The notes: generated from the letters alone by a model not told the origin. A stretch of DNA of 64,000 bases from Octopus sinensis (GCF_006345805.1 NC_043001.1:11408001-11472000); one strand, 5' to 3'; positions 50,621 to 63,411 are shown, counted from the stretch's first letter. Program-made: numbers and translations.

Positions 50621-51537
50621 ATTCTAAAATAGTTGTTGATCTGATGTGATAAATGAACAATAGGAGTAGATAATACGGAAGTGCACAGAACTGTCTCTTT
50701 TCAGTAAAAAGTACTGAATCAGCAGAGTTAAGCGGGACGCAAAATTTATTTTCCCACGAGAGTTCTGGACCCAAGTAATGATCTCATTTACACACAGCCA
50801 ATCAGAGCTCACTTTGAACTTGTCAAGTTATCAAATACTCTCTACCAAGTAAACTTAAGACGAAGAACGGTGTTGTAAGTCGACCGATCGCCAAGTTATG
50901 CCTGATATTAGGAGAAAAGTAATTAGATAGATTTGCATCTACATCTGTTATTGGATTTTGTTAGGGCCCCATATGGTAAAGATGTGGATGGGAGAAATGT
51001 GGGTAGATGGTGATGGGCTAGCATCCCTCTCCCCTTACTGTGTTACAAAGTAAACAACAACACAAATAACTACGCAGAGGCAGCCATAGTTGAGACAAGA
51101 ACAAGAACAACAAACGTTATTAAAAGAGAAAAGAAGAATGGTCATTCCTTAACCAATTGACCTTATCTTATCGACCATCACTTGTTACGCGCTCATAAAT
51201 TAGTTTGATATTTTAGCTCTGATTGGCTGTATGCAAATGAGTTCATAACTTGTGTCCGGAACTCTCGTGGGAAAAGATTTTCGCAAGCGTGACACGTGTT
51301 TAGGCATGGAAATGTGTGAGTCGACGTAATGTGAGGTGGCTGAGTAATTGCTTGTAATTTTATGTTCTGGGTATTAACGAATGATGGGGATGAAAAGAGT
51401 AGTCTGTGGCTTTGTGGTTGTGCGAATAAGGCATTGTGTGGGTAGCGTAAAATTGCACAGGATGATGTTCATAAGTGTCTACGTGTGGGTAAACGTTATT
51501 TATATTATTATTTATATAATTATAGTGGCAGACGTAA

Positions 51538-52143
51538 TACCTGTTTCTTTACTACCCACAAGGGGCTAAACACAGAGGGGACAAACAAGGACAGACAAAC
51601 GGATTAAGTCGATTATATCAACACCAGTGCGTAACTGGTACTTATTTAATCGATCCCGAAATGATGAAAGGCAAAGTCGACTTCGGCGGAATTTGAACTC
51701 AGAACGTAGCGGCAGGCGAAATACCTATTTCTTTACTACCCACAAGGGGCTAAACACAGAGGGAACAAACAAGGACAGACAAACTGATTAAGTCGATTAC
51801 ATCGACCCCAGTGCGTAACTGGTACTTATTTAATCGATCCCGAAAGGATGAAAGGCAAAGTCGACCTCGACGGAATTTGAACTCAGAACGTAACGGCAGA
51901 CGAAATACCTATTTCTTTACTACTCTCATGGGGCTAAACACAGAGAGGACAAACAAGGACAGACAAACGGACTAAGTCGATTATATCGACCCCAGTGCGT
52001 AAATGGTACTTATTTAATCGATCCCAAAAGGATGAAAGGCAAAGTCGACCTCGACGGAATTTGAACTCAGAACGTAACGGCAGACGAAATATGGCTACGC
52101 ATTTCACCCGGCGTGGCTAACGTTTCTGCCAGCTCGCCTCCTT
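51538..52143 (-). mobile_element. SINE family A, 3 units
   Basis: Three T1 tails and one head. Confidence 0.9.
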
Positions 52144-52532
52144 GTTGTTAAACATATTTTGTGTCACTGTGAGTTTAGGACTATATTACGCTGCCTTGGT
52201 GTTCAAATTATGAACCCTCCACACAAATTCGCTCTATTCTATATCAAGCGCCATCCCTTTGAATTTTAGTTGTTTTTTGGAAGTTATAATACTATTGAAG
52301 GAAGATTTGACTGCTACTTCAAACAAGTCGAGAGACCACGTATGCTGATCTCCATAACAACTTCGGTAACATTAGCAGGTTATTGATAGGCTGAAATTTG
52401 TTAAATGCCCGTAGGTTCAATCTTAATACGCCGCATGTAAGCAAACAAGTTTGTTTTCGAAGCGTTGAAATGTATTGTTGAACAAGTAGACAGATGAATT
52501 TTATTCCACATGTAGATACTAAACAATATATA

Positions 52533-52850
52533 GGTACTACTAGCGAACTGTGGTCCCGGTGCTCGCACTCGCGCATCCGCGTTAGCTAGTCGTAAGTAGT
52601 CGATCCTACAACGAGTTTCTAACTCTAACCCTCATTTTTTAAAACCTAGCCCTAAACCTAACCCTAAACTTAACCTTAGTTGGTTTATAAAAGTAATTTA
52701 TTTGCTTAGTTTAAAAAATTATTTACTTTGCGTTTTATTTACTTTGTTCGAAAAATATTATTTAATTTTCTTTGATATGTATTCAGCCTTGAAATACAAA
52801 CATTCGCGCAAGTCGTAAGATCGACTACTTACGACTAGCTAGTAGTACCC
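52533..52850. mobile_element. MITE-like element with split TIR and degenerate telomere-like interior
   Basis: ggtactactagc (52533-52544) / gctagtagtacc (52838-52849); 23-bp perfect IR at 52583-52605 / 52819-52841; ctaaccct-type repeats at ~52624-52678. Confidence 0.65.
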
Positions 52851-53030
52851 AATATATATATATATATATATATATAATCCTTTTACTCTTTTTAAAAGCA
52901 GAAAAATTTGTGGGCAGCCATCCAATTTTAAAGACAAGAAAGCAAATTTCGAATGCCGTAAAGCTGAAGTATAGTGGGGGGGGGGACATTAGGTATTTAA
53001 CCTTATAAGACGGGAAAAGAAAGTTGCCAA

Positions 53031-53102
53031 CAGACGACAAGGATTCGAAACTAAGCCCCTCAAGTACTGGCTGAGTATCCTACCATTAAGCTAAACGTCC
53101 CC
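53031..53102 (-). pseudogene. Degenerate tRNA-like sequence (possible Thr-AGT-derived pseudogene or SINE head)
   Basis: Minus: gggacgt-t-tagcttaatggtaggata-ctcag CCAGTAC ttgag-gggcttagt-TTCGAAT-ccttg-tcgtctg. Anticodon stem intact; T and acceptor stems mismatched. Confidence 0.5.
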
Positions 53103-53166
53103 TGACAACAAGTTGCCGTAAATTTTGATGCTAAATTATAACTTTTCGTTTGGACAGCATTTTATA

Positions 53167-53400
53167 TATTTCTTTAATACCCTCAAGGGGCTAAACACAG
53201 ATGGGACAAACAAGGACAGACAAACGGATTAAGTCGATTATATCGACTCCAGTGCGTAACTGGTACTTATTTTATTGACCCCGAAAGGATGAAAGGCAAA
53301 GTCGACATTGGCGGAATTTGAACTCAGAATGTAACGGCAGACGAAATGCGGTTACGCATTTCGCCCGGCGTGCTAACGTTTCTGCCGGCTCGCCGCCTTC
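53167..53400 (-). mobile_element. SINE family A monomer flanked by a ~99-bp direct duplication
   Basis: 53068-53166 repeats at 53401-53499. Confidence 0.88.
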
Positions 53401-54483
53401 TGGCTGAGTACCCTACCTTTAAGCTAAACGTCTCCTGACAACAAGTTACCGTAAATTTTGATGCTAAATTATAACTTTTCGAGTGGCCATCATTTTATAA
53501 ACAAACTTTGGAAGCGTCGAATGTGGTTAGTACTTTACAGAGAAGGAAGTGAAGAGTAAATACTCTCTCTCTCTCTCTCTTTCTCTCTGCTCTCCTTACA
53601 GGCTTATTGCATTCAAAGTTTACTTTTCTTTTCTGTTAAATACTAAAGTTTTGACATTTCTAAAGTTTATAAAATGTACTTAATGAGTAATTACTAGAGA
53701 AAATGAAATCGATTTTCGTCATCAACAGGTAAAAGTACACTAACGCAAAAACCTTTTTGAAAACAATCTTGTGGAAATTTGAAAAAACTTCAAGAAAGAA
53801 ATTTAAGATCATTAAATATATACCCTTATCTAGCTTAATTATGGCTTACAGTATACTAATAAGATTTTTTTTTCGCCACAGAACACACACACACATACAC
53901 TATGAGCTCATTCCCACACACGCAGCACCCACTCGCACACTCGCGCACGTTCCATATCTCTTCGCGCACACGCGCGCATATTCCTTATCTATTCACATAG
54001 ACACACGCTTACGTACCACGCATCCCGCTTATCAACTCTGATTTTCTATTTCTGTTCAGTATAACTATTCCGTATACCCCCATGCTATCCACCTCCCAGC
54101 GAGACCATACAAAACACTCTATCTCACAAGTTTTTATCACCCACAACAACGAGAATTATTAATCTTGGGTAAGTCTTCTTCAAAACCTCCATTTCATTTT
54201 CTCTCTATTTTTTCTGTCCTTTATTGTTAAATTTCAAATTTGTATCTATAGTTTTTTTCCTGAATAATTACCATATATTAACACATATCTTCTAAAAATG
54301 CCAACGCCAACTCATAATGAATGATAATGTTTTCTTTCTTTTATGGTTCTAATATTTCATGTAATTTTACGATGTTTTTACATATTTGCGATAAAATGAA
54401 AGAGTCTGTTACGATATCTAAAACTTGACTAATTGTCCAAACAGATATTTTATTTAAAATTCATGGTAATTATCTGATAACGT

Positions 54484-55500
54484 AAGGCAGTACGGTGACA
54501 GAACTGTTAGCAGGCTTGGCAAAACGTTGAACGGCATTTACGTTGTGAGTTCAGATTACTCTGGGGTAACATTGCCTTTCATTTTTTCGCGGTTGATAAA
54601 ATAAGTACTAGTTGAGAACTGGGGTTGATGTAGTCAACTTAGCCCCTGTCCCGAAATTGCGGGCTTTATGCCAAAATTTGAAAGTAATTATCTGATAACG
54701 TGTGGAGGCGCGTGGCTTAGTGGTTAGGGTGTTGAACTCATGATCGTAAGGTTGTGGTTTCGATTCCTGGACCGGGCGATGCGTTAGTGTTCTAGAGCAA
54801 AACACTTAACATTGCTCCAGACCACTCAGCTGGCAAAAATGAGTAATCCTGCGACAGACCGGCGTCCCGTCCAGGTGGGGAATTTCTAGGTAACTGAAAC
54901 CAGGAAACTGGCCCTTATGAGCCTGACATGACTCGAGAAAGAACATTAGTTATCTGATAACGTAAGGCAGCGTACTGGCAGAAACGTTAGCATGCCGGGC
55001 GAAATGCTTAGCGGTATTTCGTCTGCCGTTACGTTCTGAGTTCCAATTCGGCCGAGGTCGACTTTGCCTTTCATCCTTTCTGGGGCGATAAATTAAATAC
55101 CAGCACTGGGGTCAATGTAATCGACTTAATCTGTTTGTCTGTCCGTGTTTGTCCCCCCCCTTGTGTTTAGCCCATTGTGGGTAGTAAAGAAATAGGTATT
55201 TCGTCTGTCTTTACGTTCTGAGTTCAAATGTCGCCGACGTCGACTTTGCCTTTCATCCTTCCGGAGTCGATAAATTAAGTACCAGCTGTGTACTGTGATC
55301 GATCTAATAATTTGCCCCAAATTTCGGACCTTGTGTCTAGAGTAGAAAAGAATCGTTAGCAGGCCAGATAGAATGCTGATACTCATTTCTTCCGACTTTA
55401 CGTCCTGATTTTGAGTTCAAACTCTGTGGAGGTCGACTTTGCCTTTCATCCTTCCGAGTTCGATATCATAAGTATCAGTTGATGTATTCGGCTAAGCATC
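54484..55500 (+). mobile_element. Stack of SINEs: decayed A (54484-54683), C-related SINE with a third tail (54704-54948), A dimer (54964-55345) plus a decayed unit
   Basis: Each of the first three is preceded by ttatctgataacgt (54470, 54688, 54950). Confidence 0.8.
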
Positions 55501-55779
55501 TTTTCCATAATATCAGGCCTTGTGCCTTTTGTGGAAAGAATTCTTATTATCAAGTAGTGAGTTGGCTGAATTAGTAGCACGTCGTATAAAATGCTTAACG
55601 ACATTTCTTCCGGCTTTACGTTCGGAATTAAAATTCTTCTACTGAAGTCGACTTTGTCTTTCATCCTTCCAGCGTCGATAAAATAAGTACCAGTTGATCA
55701 CTGAGCGTGATGTGATCGACTTATCTCTTCTTTTAAAACTGCTGGTTTTCTGTTAAAATTTGAAACCATTATTGCATAT

Positions 55780-56130
55780 TCTTTTATTTATTTCAGTCAT
55801 TTGATAGCAACAATGCTAGAGCATCACCTTTAGTCGAATAAATCGACCCCAGGACATATTGTTTGTAAGCCTAGTACTTAGTCTAACGTTCGCTTTGTCG
55901 TAAGTTACGAGGATGTAAACACACCAACATCGGTTATCAAGCGATGATGGGGAGAGGAATGCTGACACGACGGTCTTCTTTCAGCTTCTGTCTAACAAAC
56001 CCACTCACAAGTCTTTGGTCTGCCCGAGGCTATAGTAGAAGAAACTTTCTCAAGGTGCCACGTAGTGGGACTGAATCCGGAACCATGTGGCTGGTAAGCA
56101 AGTTACTTACCACATAGCCACTCCTGCACC
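55780..56130 (-). mobile_element. Decayed SINE family B
   Basis: Recognisable 3' half and head (gtgccacgtagtgggactgaa...ccacatagccactcctgc). Confidence 0.75.
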
Positions 56131-56212
56131 ATACATTTTTTAAATAAAAAAGCTACTCTTTAAATAGTCAATGTTAAGAGACCCTACATATTATTGTGCA
56201 CAAATATATTTA

Positions 56213-56656
56213 GTTCTTTATTGCCCACAAGGGGCTAAATATAGAGTGGACAAACAAGGACAGACAACGGGATTATATCGATTACATAATCGGACAGGCA
56301 ACGGGGTTATGTCGATTACGACACCAGTACGTAACGTACTAATTTAATCAACCCCAAAAGAATGAAAGGCAAAGTCGACCTCGGCAGAATTTAAACTCAG
56401 AGCGTAGCGGCAGACGAAATACCTATTTCTATACTACCCACAAGGGGCTACACACAGAGAGGACAAACAAGGACAGACAAACGGTGTAGGTCGATTACAT
56501 CGACCCCAGTGCGTAACTGGTACTTGATTTATCGACCCCGAAAGAATGAAAGGCAAAGTCGACCTCGGTGGAATTTGAACTCAGAACGTAACGGCAGACG
56601 AAATACGGCTACGCATATCGCCCGGCGTGCTAACGTTTCTGCCAGCTCGTCGTCTT
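56213..56656 (-). mobile_element. SINE family A, 2 units
   Basis: Two T1 tails and one head. Confidence 0.85.
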
Positions 56657-57422
56657 GTTTACAAATATATTCTAAGTATTTATGTTTTTCGAAAGAAAAG
56701 AGAATTGTAAGACCAGTTTATCACGGAAGCCGTGTAGATATTAGGAGAACTGTGTTCGTATTTAACCATAATCTATCCAGGAATCTTGACAGGGAAATAA
56801 TACTGTTTTCTACTTGAAAAGATTCTTTAATCGCATCTGTAGATATATTATTTAACCGCATCTGTAGATCTGAATCTGATATTGATGCAAATCATTAAGA
56901 CGAAACGAATGGCTTTCTCTAATTAGAGATGAAAAGAAATGGAATTTGATGAGATTAATTCAGCTTCCAGTACGGTTGATAACAATTGTCTTTAGAGTAT
57001 CGTTTTAAATGGTAACATTTGCAGTGCGTCCATCTCAGAAGTCTCCGAAGTCTCCAGCTTTCTGCTATTAAATCATCATTAATCATTTCATTAAATTCAA
57101 TTAGTAACATAAGGCACTTCATAGCACTAACAGTTTCTAGTCGTAAAATGCTAAAATCTGTGACTGCTGCTATGGAACTACCACACGTCCATTACAAAGA
57201 ACTATTATGCAATTAGTACACCTTATTGCTGTGCTATTATTTCGAAATCAAGTCTCATAAATTTAGTAAGCTATTGGCGCTCCAGCTTGGTGACAACGAA
57301 CTGGCCAAAACCAGTGAAACAATAAAAAAGAAAGGTTTTTCTAAGTAAACATTCATTGATAAGAGTAATCCAAGAAGCAGCTTGTGTCTTTAATTCAAAC
57401 TAATTACGAATCATCTCTATAT

Positions 57423-57828
57423 GCGCAGGAGTGGCTGTGTGGTAAGTAGCTTGCTAACCAACCACATGGTTCAGGGTTCAGTCCCACTGCGTGGCATCTT
57501 GGGCAAGTGTCTTCTGCTACAGCCCCGGGCCGACCAATGCCTTGTGAGTGGATTTGGTAGACGGAAACTGAAAGAAGCCTGTCGTATATATGTATATATA
57601 TATGTATATGTGTGTGTTTGTGTGTCTGTGTTTGTCCCCCTAGCATTGCTTGACAACCGATGCTGGTGTGTTTACGTCCCCGTCACTTAGCGGTTCGGCA
57701 AAAAGAGACCGATAGAATAAGTACTGGGCTTACAAAGAATAAGTCCCGGGGTCGATTTGCTCGACTAAAGGCGGTGCTCCAGCATGGCCGCAGTCAAATG
57801 ACTGAAACAAGTAAAAGAGTAAAAGAGA
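57423..57828 (+). mobile_element. SINE family B, full length
   Basis: Clean consensus-like copy; a partial 5' copy follows at ~57978-58115. Confidence 0.9.
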
Positions 57829-58148
57829 ATATGATATTAATATCTGACAGAAATATTGATTGTTTGGTTGGTTGAAATCTGCAGTCATAGCTTAGATCGT
57901 ATCGAAAGTAAGGGAGAGTAAGTAAAAGAGGGATACAAAGAGAGTTAAGACAAGAGGCGCAAGATAAGTACACATATTAGGCGCAGGAGTGGCTGTGTGG
58001 TACGTAGCTTGCTTGCCAACCACAGTCCCACTGTGTGGCACCTTGTACTATAGAGTCGAGTCGACCAAAGCCTTGTGAATGAATGTGGTAGACCGAAACT
58101 AAAAGAAGCCTCACGGGTGTATATATTATATATTATATATATATGTTG

Positions 58149-58182
<34 letters not shown>

Positions 58183-58263
58183 GTATATGTATATATATAT
58201 AATATATATATATATAATATATATATATATAATATATATATGTATATATAGATATATATATAT

Positions 58264-60219
58264 AGTAAGGAAAAATTTTTTTTTAAATGCAGAATGCTCA
58301 AATGAAAGAAAATTTTAATAAAATGAGAAATTGATAAAAAATATAAATATATATTTATATTCAAACCGTTTTCGTCATTGTATGACTTGTCAAGAATATT
58401 TTGTGTTTTAAAAAAGTTTTTTAAAAATTAGAAAGGGGAAAAAAAGAAAATTGCATTGTTTTTTGCAAAATAATAATGATGAAAATGTACAAAAATTAAA
58501 AAATAAGTACTCCGATACATTGTGAGTTCGTTGTGTACTTGAGTTTTATGATTGTTCACGAAAAAATTACCTTGAGGTATTAAGATCCAAAGGGATTAAG
58601 AGCATGTGTTGTGTGGTTTAATTCCATGTTTGCAGGACAGGAAGTAGTAGTAATTGTGGTTCTTCAGTTCCTGTGTTGGTGAGTAAAGGGAGACAACTCT
58701 TTTGAGTTCTTCAATAAAACCCAAATTATAAAATTATCATTTTAGTTTCATTTGCGTTATCTTTTTATATAATTGCTTGTTAACTTAACTTTCAGATTTT
58801 AACACTTTATTTATATTATTTTCTAATTATATATCTGCATAGACAATTGTATTTCAAATTGTCATATCATTTATAATAAAAATGATAGTAATAACAACAA
58901 TAGTAAAAATGATATTTAAAGAATATAAGAGTTTTTTTAAAGATTTGTGCTGCCTTTTACATTTGAGGATTTTGTGTGTATTTATCTTTAAAAATCTTTA
59001 AAATCTTTAAAAAAACTCTTGACAAATGCCAAACTTCACACACCACATCCACCCCCAACAGTAAAAAAATGTACACGCTCAAATGTGTACCTCCCTTTCT
59101 ACTTGAAGGCTCTGAATTTACCTTCAAGCAAGGTACGAAGTTAAAATCAAGACTAACTTCTGTTCCTCCGAGAACCTTATCTACGTTCTCACATGCGCTG
59201 GTTGCCAACATAATTATGTTGGACAACCTAGTCTCCCGTTACGTAAACGAGTAACGGTGCATAAGGAACAAATAAATCTCCCGGAATGCCGACAAATTCC
59301 ACTGAGTGACCACTTAGACTCATGTGCTAAAGACTTAAACCCCAAATTCTATATATTCCCCTTCTACCAATGTAAAGACGGGATCACCACACAGGAGAGA
59401 ATTAACAAGGAGAATCTCTTTATTGAAAAATTCCAAACACAACTTAATATGCAAACTCCTCGTTGATCAAACTTCCTTTCTCTACCTCACTCTTCATGGA
59501 TGGACTAACACAAATATATAAAGATACCATGCATTCATCACTTCAAGCTAAAACTTATATTCTTTAAATATCATTTTTACTATTGTTGTTATTACTATCA
59601 TTTTTATTATAAATGATATGACAATTTGAAATGCAATTGTCTATGCAGATTTATATAATTAGAAAATAATATAAATAAAGTGTTAAAATCTGAAAGTTAA
59701 GTTAACAAGCAATTATATGAAAAAGATAACGCAAATGAAGCTAAAATGATAATTTTATAATTTGGGTTTTATTGAAGAACTCAAAAGAGTTGTCTCCCCT
59801 TACTCACAACACAGGAACTGAAGAACCACAATTACTACTACTTCCTGTACTGCAAACATGCTGAATTAAACCACACAACACATGCTCTTAATCCCTTTGG
59901 ATCTTAATACCTCAAGGTAATTTTTTCGTGAACAATCATAAAACTCAAGATACACAACGAACTCACAATGTATCGGAGTACTTATTTTTTAATTTTTGTA
60001 CATTTTTATCATTATTCTTTTGCAAAATACAATGCAATTTTTTTTTTTCCCCTTTTTAACTTTTTTTAAAAAAAAATTAAACATAAATATTCTTGACAAG
60101 TCATACAATGACGAAAACCGGTTGAATAAATATATATTTATATTTTTTATCAATTTCTCATTTTATTAAAATTTTCTTTCATTTCAGCATTCTGCATTTA
60201 AAAAAAATTTTTCCTTACT
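58264..60219 (+). mobile_element. Penelope-like (Neptune-type) insertion: GIY-YIG fragment between ~666-bp inverted repeats
   Basis: 58264-58929 is the reverse complement of 59554-60219. The centre encodes (frame of 59161-59466) FCSSENLIYVLTCAGCQHNYVGQ...RVTVHKEQI...SDHL...KENLFIEKFQTQLN. Confidence 0.85.
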
Positions 60220-60264
60220 TATCATTTCTCTACGTGCGGTCAACACAACCGCACCATTTATTGA

Positions 60265-60266
60265 TC

Positions 60267-60314
<48 letters not shown>

Positions 60315-60350
60315 GTATGTATATATATATAGATATATATATATATATGT

Positions 60351-60387
<37 letters not shown>

Positions 60388-60546
60388 GTATATATATGTA
60401 TATATATATGTATATATATGTATATATATAGTATATATATGTATTATATATGTATATATATATATGTATATATTTATGTATATATGTATATATATGTATA
60501 TATATATGTATATATATGTATATATATATGTATATATATATGTATA

Positions 60547-60578
<32 letters not shown>

Positions 60579-60597
60579 GATATTGTATATATATATG

Positions 60598-60630
<33 letters not shown>

Positions 60631-61219
60631 GTTATATAAATATATGTATATATATGATATATAATATATAAATATATAATACATATATATATATAACATA
60701 TATAATACCACTTATATCTATACATATATATACAATATACAATAAATACATATATATATATACATATATATATACATATATAACATTATATATACATATA
60801 TATATACATATATATACATATATATATACATATAACCCGGATATGTCTCTGTAAACACATAACTCTCTACTGGTGGGCCATAGTGCCCAAATTCGACGTG
60901 AAAGACTTCACCAGGTGGTGCTATTAAGTTAGGACTGGCCTGGGCCAATAATGGCCGAAACCTATCAAAGTATTCAAAGTAAAGTATATATGTATATATA
61001 TATGTATATAATATATATATATGTATATATATATGTGTGTATATATATATATATGTATATTATATGTATATATATATATATGTATATGTATATATGTGTA
61101 TATATATATATATGTAATATATATGTAATATATATATATATGTATATATATATATATGTATAATATATATATGTATATATATATATATATATATTATATA
61201 TATGTATATATATATTATG

Positions 61220-61252
<33 letters not shown>

Positions 61253-61400
61253 GAATATATATATATATGTGTATATATTATATATATATGTATTAATATT
61301 ATTGTACATATATATATATATGTATATATATATATGTATATATATATATGTACATATATATATGTATGCATATATATATATACGCACATATATATATATG
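60265..61400. repeat. Very long (AT)n/(ATGT) microsatellite
   Basis: Seen directly; interrupted by the CR1 tail at 60836-60985. Confidence 0.95.
60836..60985 (+). mobile_element. Extreme 3' end of the same CR1-type LINE family as 1078-1945
   Basis: Reverse complement of ~1081-1232, with tail tatcaaagtattcaaagtaaagta. Confidence 0.85.
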
Positions 61401-61418
61401 TGTGTGTGAATGTGCATA

Positions 61419-61870
61419 TATTTCTTTATTGCCCACAGGGTGCTAAACATAGAGGGGAGAAACAAGGACAGAGATAGGTATTAAGTCGATTATGTCGACT
61501 CCTGTGCGTAACTGGTACTTATTTAATCGACCCCGAAAGGACGAAAGGCAAAGTCGCTCTCGGCGGAATTTGAACTCAGAATGTAACGGCAGATGGAATA
61601 CCGCTAAGAATTTCGCCCGGCGTCCTAACGATTCTGCCAACTCGACGTGTGTATGAGTGTGTATATGCTTGCCTGTGTGTGTGTTTGTTTGTCCCCCTAG
61701 CATTGCTTGATAACCAATACTGGTGTGTTTACATCCCCATAACCTAGCGGTTCGGCATGAGTCCAATAGAATAAGTACTAGGCTTACAAAGAATAAGTCC
61801 TCGACTTAAGGCGGTGCTTCTGAATGGCCGCAGTCAAATAACCGAAACAAGTAAAGAAAGTAAAAGTATA
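61419..61870. mobile_element. SINE A monomer (minus, 61419-61644) followed by a SINE B 3' half (plus)
   Basis: Family matches as above. Confidence 0.8.
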
Positions 61871-62079
61871 AAACGATATTAGGCTTGGGGGCAGGCAATG
61901 AGTAAAGGAATGCTACAGAATGAGAAAGAAAGAATCATAAATATGGCGGAGGAAAGGAAATACAGTTCGATATTTAAGAGATGAGGAATTATGTACATTA
62001 TTTACATTATTTACATTTGACGGATATTTGTCCTCATCTTGTTTGTTCTTAACACAACGTTTCGTCTGATATACCCACA

Positions 62080-62153
62080 GGCATATGGCGTAGTGTTTAA
62101 GAGCGCAGGCTATCAACCCCAAGAATACGAGTTTTATTCCAGGCAGTGACCTG

Positions 62154-62203
<50 letters not shown>

Positions 62204-62278
62204 TAATAATAATAATGACAATAATAATAATAATAACAACAACAACAATAATTATAATAATAATAATGATGATGATAT

Positions 62279-62337
<59 letters not shown>

Positions 62338-62380
62338 AATAACAACAACAACAATAATTATAATAGTAATAGTAATAATA

Positions 62381-62418
<38 letters not shown>

Positions 62419-62440
62419 AATAATAACAATAACAACATCG
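62080..62440 (+). mobile_element. Short tRNA-derived SINE (62080-62154) with expanded (AAT)n/(GAT)n tail
   Basis: ggcatatggcgtagtgtttaagagcgc (A-box-like) ... gagttttattcc (degenerate B-box), then trinucleotide tracts. Confidence 0.55.
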
Positions 62441-62640
62441 AAATATATTTTAGGAATGAGAAGCCAGGTGAGAAATTTCTCGTAGGCACCTGATAAAGGT
62501 TTGAGGGTATATCAGCCGAAACGTTGTGTTAACAACAAACAAAATGAGAACAAATATCCGTCAAATGTAAATAATGTATTATATAAATATTATTGCTTAA
62601 TCTCTCGAAGAGACGCATTCAGTAACAGTTCTTTAAAGTA

Positions 62641-63296
62641 AAAGCTATTTGCCAACATAATGTGACTGTCCTGGAAGGAACGAATGTTACTGTTGTTTTA
62701 GTCACAGGAAACATCGTTTCTAGCTGGCTATACGCCACAATATCTGTATCCTTATATTTTCAAATACACGAAATACCTTATCATCATCATCATCATTATT
62801 ATAATTATCATCGTTTAACGTCCGCTTTCCATGCTGGCATGGGTTGGGCGATTTTGACTGAGGGCTGGCGAACCAGATGGCTGCACCAGGCTCCAATCTT
62901 GATCTGGCAGAGTTTCTACAGCTGGACTCCCTTCTTAACGCCAACCACTCCGAGAGTTTTGTGGGTGCGTTTTACGTGCCACCGGCGGGGGGGGGGGCTC
63001 AGGCGGTACTGGCAACGACTTCGCTTGAATCTTTTTACACATGCCACCGGCACAGGTGACAGTGAGGCGACATTGGTGATAGATTAAATGCTTTGGTTGA
63101 ACAAAATCCCAGAACAATCGTTCGAAAACTTTCATCAGAACGCCAAACAAGTCAAGAAAACGGACAGGTTTGTTGCACATCAAAGGATACAGATATTGTG
63201 GCATATAGTCAGCTACAAACGATGTTTCCTGGCGCTAAAACAACAGTAACATTCGTCTCTTCCAGGACAACCACATAATGTTGGCATATAGGCTTT
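62641..63296. mobile_element. MITE-like element with ~113-bp TIRs, carrying an RTE-tailed retroposon (62781-63085, minus)
   Basis: 62641-62753 is an imperfect reverse complement of 63183-63296. The insert ends catggaaagcggacgttaaacgatgat(gat)n and contains gttggcgttaagaaggg. Confidence 0.7.
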
Positions 63297-63411
63297 GCTA
63301 TAAAATTATTTCATATTCAGTAAATATTAGGCTATTTACTTATTTCAATATAACTTAGTGGTTTACGCCTCGTTCCGTTTAATAGTACAGGCGTACTTTT
63401 AAGAATAAGGA

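Noticed and set aside
52624-52678. Interstitial telomere
   Set aside because: Only a few degenerate TAACCC-like units, enclosed in an inverted-repeat element.
53031-53102. Functional tRNA-Thr gene
   Set aside because: The T-stem and acceptor stem have several mismatches; kept only as a tRNA-like pseudogene.
62200-62493. Poly-Asp/Asn/Met ORFs
   Set aside because: They are (GAT)n and (AAT)n tracts.
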